Origin: Octopus vulgaris
Taxonomy: Eukaryota
Direction of reading: 5' to 3'
DNA: 64,000 nucleotides
Assembly: GCA_951406725.2 (NCBI GenBank)
Contig: OX597818.1
Span: 35,526,001 to 35,590,000, forward strand
A program made the position numbers and the translations under genes. The notes under the pieces are model-generated. The model was not told where the DNA came from. It ran no database searches and worked only from the letters and a program-made list of their open reading frames with translations. Position 1 is the stretch's first letter. Every line of letters starts with the position of its first letter. Shown here piece after piece: positions 58,645-64,000 of the stretch.

Positions 58645-59315
58645 TGGCGTATTGTGCTTGCTGTACTGGGTGTGCTGCCACACTCGATGTCATCAAATTT
58701 CAAGCAGGGATATAACAAAAATTTTCCATTAAGACTTGCGATTAAATTAAAGAGTAAGGTTAATATTTATAATGAATTTGCCATTTTCGATGGGTGTGAA
58801 GCGCACACCTAGCACGCTGGAATATACGCCCCTGAACAGTGATTTTAAATAACATGTTCTTTTTAATCTACAGTCAATATTGTGTTCATATTTATTAGCA
58901 TTCAAATACACAAACCTATAAAACGGACATGTAACTTCTACATAATAGATACGTAACGTTTTGTTCTGGGGTTTTGAGTAAATGTTGAAATATAATAACT
59001 GTGAACTTTGCATCTGTATATAAATAATTGGTTTTGAATGTGAGCAAGTGTTGCAAGTTTTATCCACCCAAAATTTTATCTTCAAGTCTTGCGTATCCTT
59101 GTCTCCCTGCAATTGTCTTGTGACGATTGCATTGATACTTGTGCCACTGTCTGTTGCAATTTATTTGACTCTTTCTCCAGAGTAATCTGTGAGGAACAGA
59201 ATTGAATCGCAGGACGTGCAGCCGAAACAGCACAAAACATTTCAACCTACTCTCAAAGGATTCTGCATTTATGCCTGAAGTGCAAATCTGAAGCGATTTA
59301 AGTAAGATATATTAT

Positions 59316-59592
59316 GTTTTTGTTTTGTTTGTTTGTTCCTTCCCGAGCCATGCCTGGCTCATAAGGGCCGGTTTCCCGGTCCATCGCAGGTGAGCTGCAA
59401 GATGCAGGAGGAAAGAGTGAGAGAAATTTGTGGCGAAAGAGTCAGCAGAAGTTTCGCCATTACCTTCTGCCGGAGCCGCGTGGAGCTTAGGTGTTTCGCT
59501 CATAAACACACACATCGTCCGGTCTAAGATTCGAACCCACGATCCCTTGACCGCGAGTCCACTGCTCTAACCACTAGGCCATGTTCCTCCAC
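59316..59592 (-). mobile_element. Family C-like SINE, tail type 3, (CAAA)n end, 12-bp TSD
   Basis: Head gtggaggaacatggcctagtggttagagcagtggactcgcggtc on minus; TSD aagatatattat. Confidence 0.88.
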
Positions 59593-60384
59593 AAGATATA
59601 TTATCCGAGAATCTCATAACCCAGTCGATTCGTGACCTCATCATCAAAATTTCTATATTAATGTTAAATGCAGACGAAGTTATCTGTGAAATCAAAATGA
59701 CATCTACTTTTGGTTTTCTTGATAACTTATAGTTCAGTAAGTTAAGAATAGTATCAGCCGTCACCGTGGTTAAGTGCCGTGGAAGAATGGAAATTTCCTT
59801 GATGACGTACATCTCAAACTGCTTTCTATTGCGTGTAGAAGCAGTTTCACTTCATTTACACGATATATATTTTGAGAAAGAAATCATTAGAACACATATT
59901 ATTTTCTCTCCACTATAGATCTTTGATCATACGTCTTAACCCGTGCACAGTTTGTAAGTGCATAAATTTTCTCAATGTACAAAATGAAAAAGTCCTTATA
60001 AACTTATTGGCATTAATGCTATCACATACTGATCATTGGCAGTCATTAGTTAATAAATAGCATGATTTCTTTCAAAAACTGAATACTGTTAATTATCAGT
60101 CTATCTATATTGTGTCTATGCTTCCGTTTCGTCCAGACTGAAGTAATCTATTAAAGATCTGAATTAATTTTGATTAAACCAGTTTAAAAAGTAGATGCAA
60201 GTTTTGCTACGTTTGATAAGTAATGGACTTGATAATCAAGTAATTTATGAAGTTTGGTTCAAGTAAAGTTAACCCAGTTGGTAAACGAACTTTAGAATAA
60301 TGAAGCGTGTATTATCAATTTTATACAGTGGACTCAATGAGAACTGACAAGACAATGCAGTCAAATGAAGATTCACGCTATTAT

Positions 60385-60630
60385 ACTTATTACTATTTTA
60401 CTCCTTTACACGTTTCAGTCATTTGACTGCGGCCATGCTGGAGCACCGCCTTTAGTCGAACAAATCGACCCCAGGATTGATTTTTTGTAAGCCTAGTACT
60501 TTTTTATCGGTCTCTTTTGCCGAACCACTAAGTTTCGGGTACATAAACACACCAACATCGGTTGTCAAGCGATGGTAGAGGGGGGGGGGGGACAAACACA
60601 AACACTAAGTAACACACACATAAATATAAA

Positions 60631-60668
<38 letters not shown>

Positions 60669-60786
60669 CACGACGGGCGTCTTTCAGTTTCCTCTCTACC
60701 AAATCCATTCACAAGGCTTTGGTCGGCTCGAGACTATAGTAGAACACACTTGCCTAAGTTGCCACGCAGTGGGACTGCACCCGGAA
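60385..60786 (-). mobile_element. Family A SINE, head cut at ttccggg
   Basis: Tail and body intact; sequence 5' of ttccgggtgcagtccc is replaced by the adjacent element. Confidence 0.88.
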
Positions 60787-61015
60787 TATTGACCATAAGC
60801 TCTTACACAGAGAAAGGAAGTTGTATGCTGGACGTAGACATAATGTTATATGAAATGAAAATGATGATTAATGGTGGAAAAAACGACGCCCGCCGATCGA
60901 TTTTTTCCCGAGTACATTGATCTCTTGTATATTGTTCATGAGTCAACTAACCTCTACACTGTTCACAATATTTAATAACAAAAGGAACTTTCAATAACAC
61001 AGGCTTTTCAACCTC

Positions 61016-62265
61016 TTATCTATATTCCTCTTCAACATCGCTTGTGCCCGCATCCTCCGCCATCCCCCACGCCTCATTCAAGATCAAAGCGGGTGCCGTG
61101 TCGGCGTCGCCCGGGTACAAGCGATATTTCTCATTGAGTCCCTCCAGCTTAAAGTCACTTCCAACGTTATGACCTCGACAGCTATCTGCAGAGGCCATTC
61201 GGGATCCTGTGTGCAGGCTAAAGGTGGCCCCTTATGGTGCTTTTCTACTACCTTTTCAACCTCTCTGCCTATATAGAAGCAGACCAATAATTCGTCTTCC
61301 TCCGAGGGTGGGATATCCAATTGTACCGTTGGCGGCACAGTTCCTGCCAACGGTGTCTCTCCCCCTGCCGGTGGCACAACCCCAACCGACGTAGTTCCGG
61401 GACATTCTGGTACTATGTTACCGACTGCTGGCAATGTCCCGTTTCTCTTCCGCTTTCTCTTTATTTCTTTTCAACTGAGGTAGTGTGCACCTCCTCCGTG
61501 ACCGGGAGATTCGCCTCCCCTTCCTCATCCATAAGATTCTTCGGTGAGCACCCATTGTTGCTCACCTTCTTCCTCTTGCGGCCCCTCTTTGAGGAGTCCT
61601 CTGCCTCCTCGGCCGCCTTCATTCCCTCTTCTACAGAGGTCTCACTCAACTGCTCCAGGATCTTACTTTGTTCCTGGGGACAGTTTTTCTTTATATGGCC
61701 AGGCTCCAGGCACCGATGACACTGGGGTGGGGTGACCCTCAAGAATCACCGGCTATCTGCACCCAGCCAATTTTAAAAACATCTGGAAAAACCAGATTGG
61801 CTGATTGGGTCCAAAGGTTCAAAAGAGCTTTTGACCCAACGCAATCAGCCGCAGGAAAAACTTTCCCATTAAGGAGCTTGGCTCCGCTGCCACCCAGACC
61901 CTGGCGGATGGTCTCCTCAATCCACTCGGGTTTTATCACGGGTGGCAACCCGCAGAACCAAGCTCTTGTCAACCTCCTCACACAATACGTGGGAAGAAAC
62001 AAAATTTCCTTGCCCTCCTAGGGCTGGCTCGCAAATTCGCGAGCCTCTTCAGGGGTGTCAAATAGTAACCACACCGTTGCGTATTTGACACCACTGGAAA
62101 TGAATTTAATTGTTGGCAAATACTCTGCCAACACCTTTTCAATTATAGACTTTTCGAATAGGGCGATGATGTCGGGTGACATGGAGTAGGTCCTCAACAC
62201 CACCGTCCTATCTTCACGGTCTTTCAACCACTGTTTGGGTGGTATAATTTCCCACTCCAAAACAT
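61016..62265 (-). pseudogene. Gag-like ORF1 of an L1/Tx1-type non-LTR element
   Basis: Five consecutive ORF pieces broken by stops and frameshifts; RRM-like N-terminus, CHRCLEPGHIKKNC (CX2CX4HX4C), basic KRGRKRKK, low-complexity C-terminus; GC-richer than flanks. Confidence 0.8.
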
Positions 62266-62621
62266 TGTTTTTTTTATTCTTTTTTTATAACAGTTCGAAA
62301 ATAGTTCAAAATTAAACTTAAAAAGAGAGAATAAAAAACGAAATCAAAAGAAAGTCACAATAAAATAGAAAGAAGAAAAAGAAAATAATTAACGAAAAAA
62401 GAAAGTAAAAAAAGTTTAGAAGAAAGAAAGTCAATAGTTCAAAAACACAGCAAAGAAAGTCTTCAGCCACAGGGTACTCCCGGCCAAGGTTGAACCCGGA
62501 ACACCACAACTGGATCACAACTTCCACAAAAACTGGTATACAAGTCGTTCAATCTTTGGAGGCAAAGATACTCCCCCAAAACAGCAATTATTTTTAAAAT
62601 TCGCAAAAACTGAACAAATTT

Positions 62622-62765
62622 TTGCTTACCAACCACATGGTTCCGGGTTCAGTCTCACTACGCGGCAACTTGGGCAAGTGTCTTCTACTATAGCCTCGGG
62701 CTGGCCAAAGCCTTGTGAGTGGATCTGGAAGACGGAAACTGAAAGAAGCCCGTCGTATGTATGTA

Positions 62766-62830
<65 letters not shown>

Positions 62831-63040
62831 GTATATGTGTGTGTGTGTGTGTGTTTGTTTGTTTCCACCCCGCCAACATCGCTTGGTAACCGATGCTGGC
62901 ATGTTTACGTCCCCGTAATTTAGCGGTTCGGCAAAAGAAACCGATAGAATAAGTCCTGGGGTCGATTTGCTCGACTAAAGGCGGTGCTCCAGCATGGCCG
63001 CAGTCAAACGACTGAAACAAGTAAAAGAGTAAAAAAGTAT
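62622..63040 (+). mobile_element. Family A SINE, 5'-truncated head
   Basis: Starts ttgcttaccaaccacatggttccgggttcagtc; internal microsatellite and tail present. Confidence 0.88.
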
Positions 63041-64000
63041 ATGTTGAGTTACTTCTATTTTCAATCCTACGTTCCCTTTTATATTAAGTTGTTCACTTTG
63101 CAGGTTTCTCCTGTCGATACTTTATGTTGGTTGTTTGAAGAACTTTCCTTATGTGATTCTATTTCTTTTTGTATTTGTTCAATTCTATATACAAGCAGTT
63201 TTTCTACTTCCCACCTCTCTTGATTCTTTTTCTTGCACTTACGTGTTTTCACAAACAGTTTTCTAGCATCTCATTCACATAGGCTAGCAGTCGCTTCGGG
63301 TTTTTTGCACCTCCTTTTTACGTTACCATTCCCAAAATTCAAGAATATCGGTGGGTATACTTCATCAGCAACACTGCCTCTGAGGACACACGCTATCTGC
63401 ATACAAAACGTTAAGAATCAACAACAAAATTATCGAACCGTCTTAATAATATCAAAAGAAGGCCACGCGTCATGAATTGTTCGATCACTCAACAAATGCT
63501 ACGTCTGGCTTAATATTGATTTCTTTCGTTGGCACAAAGGCGGACTAAATGAGATTGTGTGACAGCCATTCTCTAATAGCATTTACACATCTTAGTATTG
63601 TTAATTTCGATCTGAAGTTACTTTTAAACTGTTTCCATGTATACAAAATAGTTCCCAATTCATACAAGATGTACTAATAACAATATTAGAAAAAAATGTT
63701 TTTCGTGCTGGAGTGACTTTAAATCACATGCTTCAAATTGTTAGTTCACTTCTGCACGATATTATAACCTTTCACTAGTGTTCTGCGAATTATTACAACA
63801 ATATCATTACTATGTTCTTATGAAAATATTCTGGGTTTGCTTTTAGCACGTTATTCATCAGTATGTCTACAACATTTCTTCATCATATTTGCATGATAAT
63901 TTTTTACGAAGTTTATAAAGACAACTCAAACTTTTGTCTTCAACACTAACATTGATTCTCTATGGATGTTTTTACTTGCTTGCAAGGGCATTCGTGTGAG

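Overview
AT-rich eukaryotic intergenic or intronic DNA, saturated with microsatellites and retroelement debris. The SINE repertoire looks like Octopus (coleoid cephalopod); this is inference from recognised repeats, not a database result. I found no intact host gene, rRNA, true tRNA or CRISPR array, and most ORFs in the track are (TA/TG/ATCT/AAT)n artefacts. Recognisable content: three or more tRNA-derived SINE families (several with clean TSDs); fragments of R4/Dong, RTE, CR1-type and Tx1/L1 LINEs; an ORF1-only Tx1/L1-like element; a DD37D (maT) transposase relic; and several MITEs. The most striking pattern is a set of sequence-unrelated 80-420 bp fold-back (palindromic) inserts, mostly in (TA)n tracts. 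Several carry minimal type I hammerhead-ribozyme folds with palindromic helix III, the signature of Penelope-like element pLTRs. Across these families the tertiary 3-8 core pair appears in three Watson-Crick versions: C3-G8, U3-A8 and G3-C8. All structures were read by eye and need computational and biochemical confirmation.
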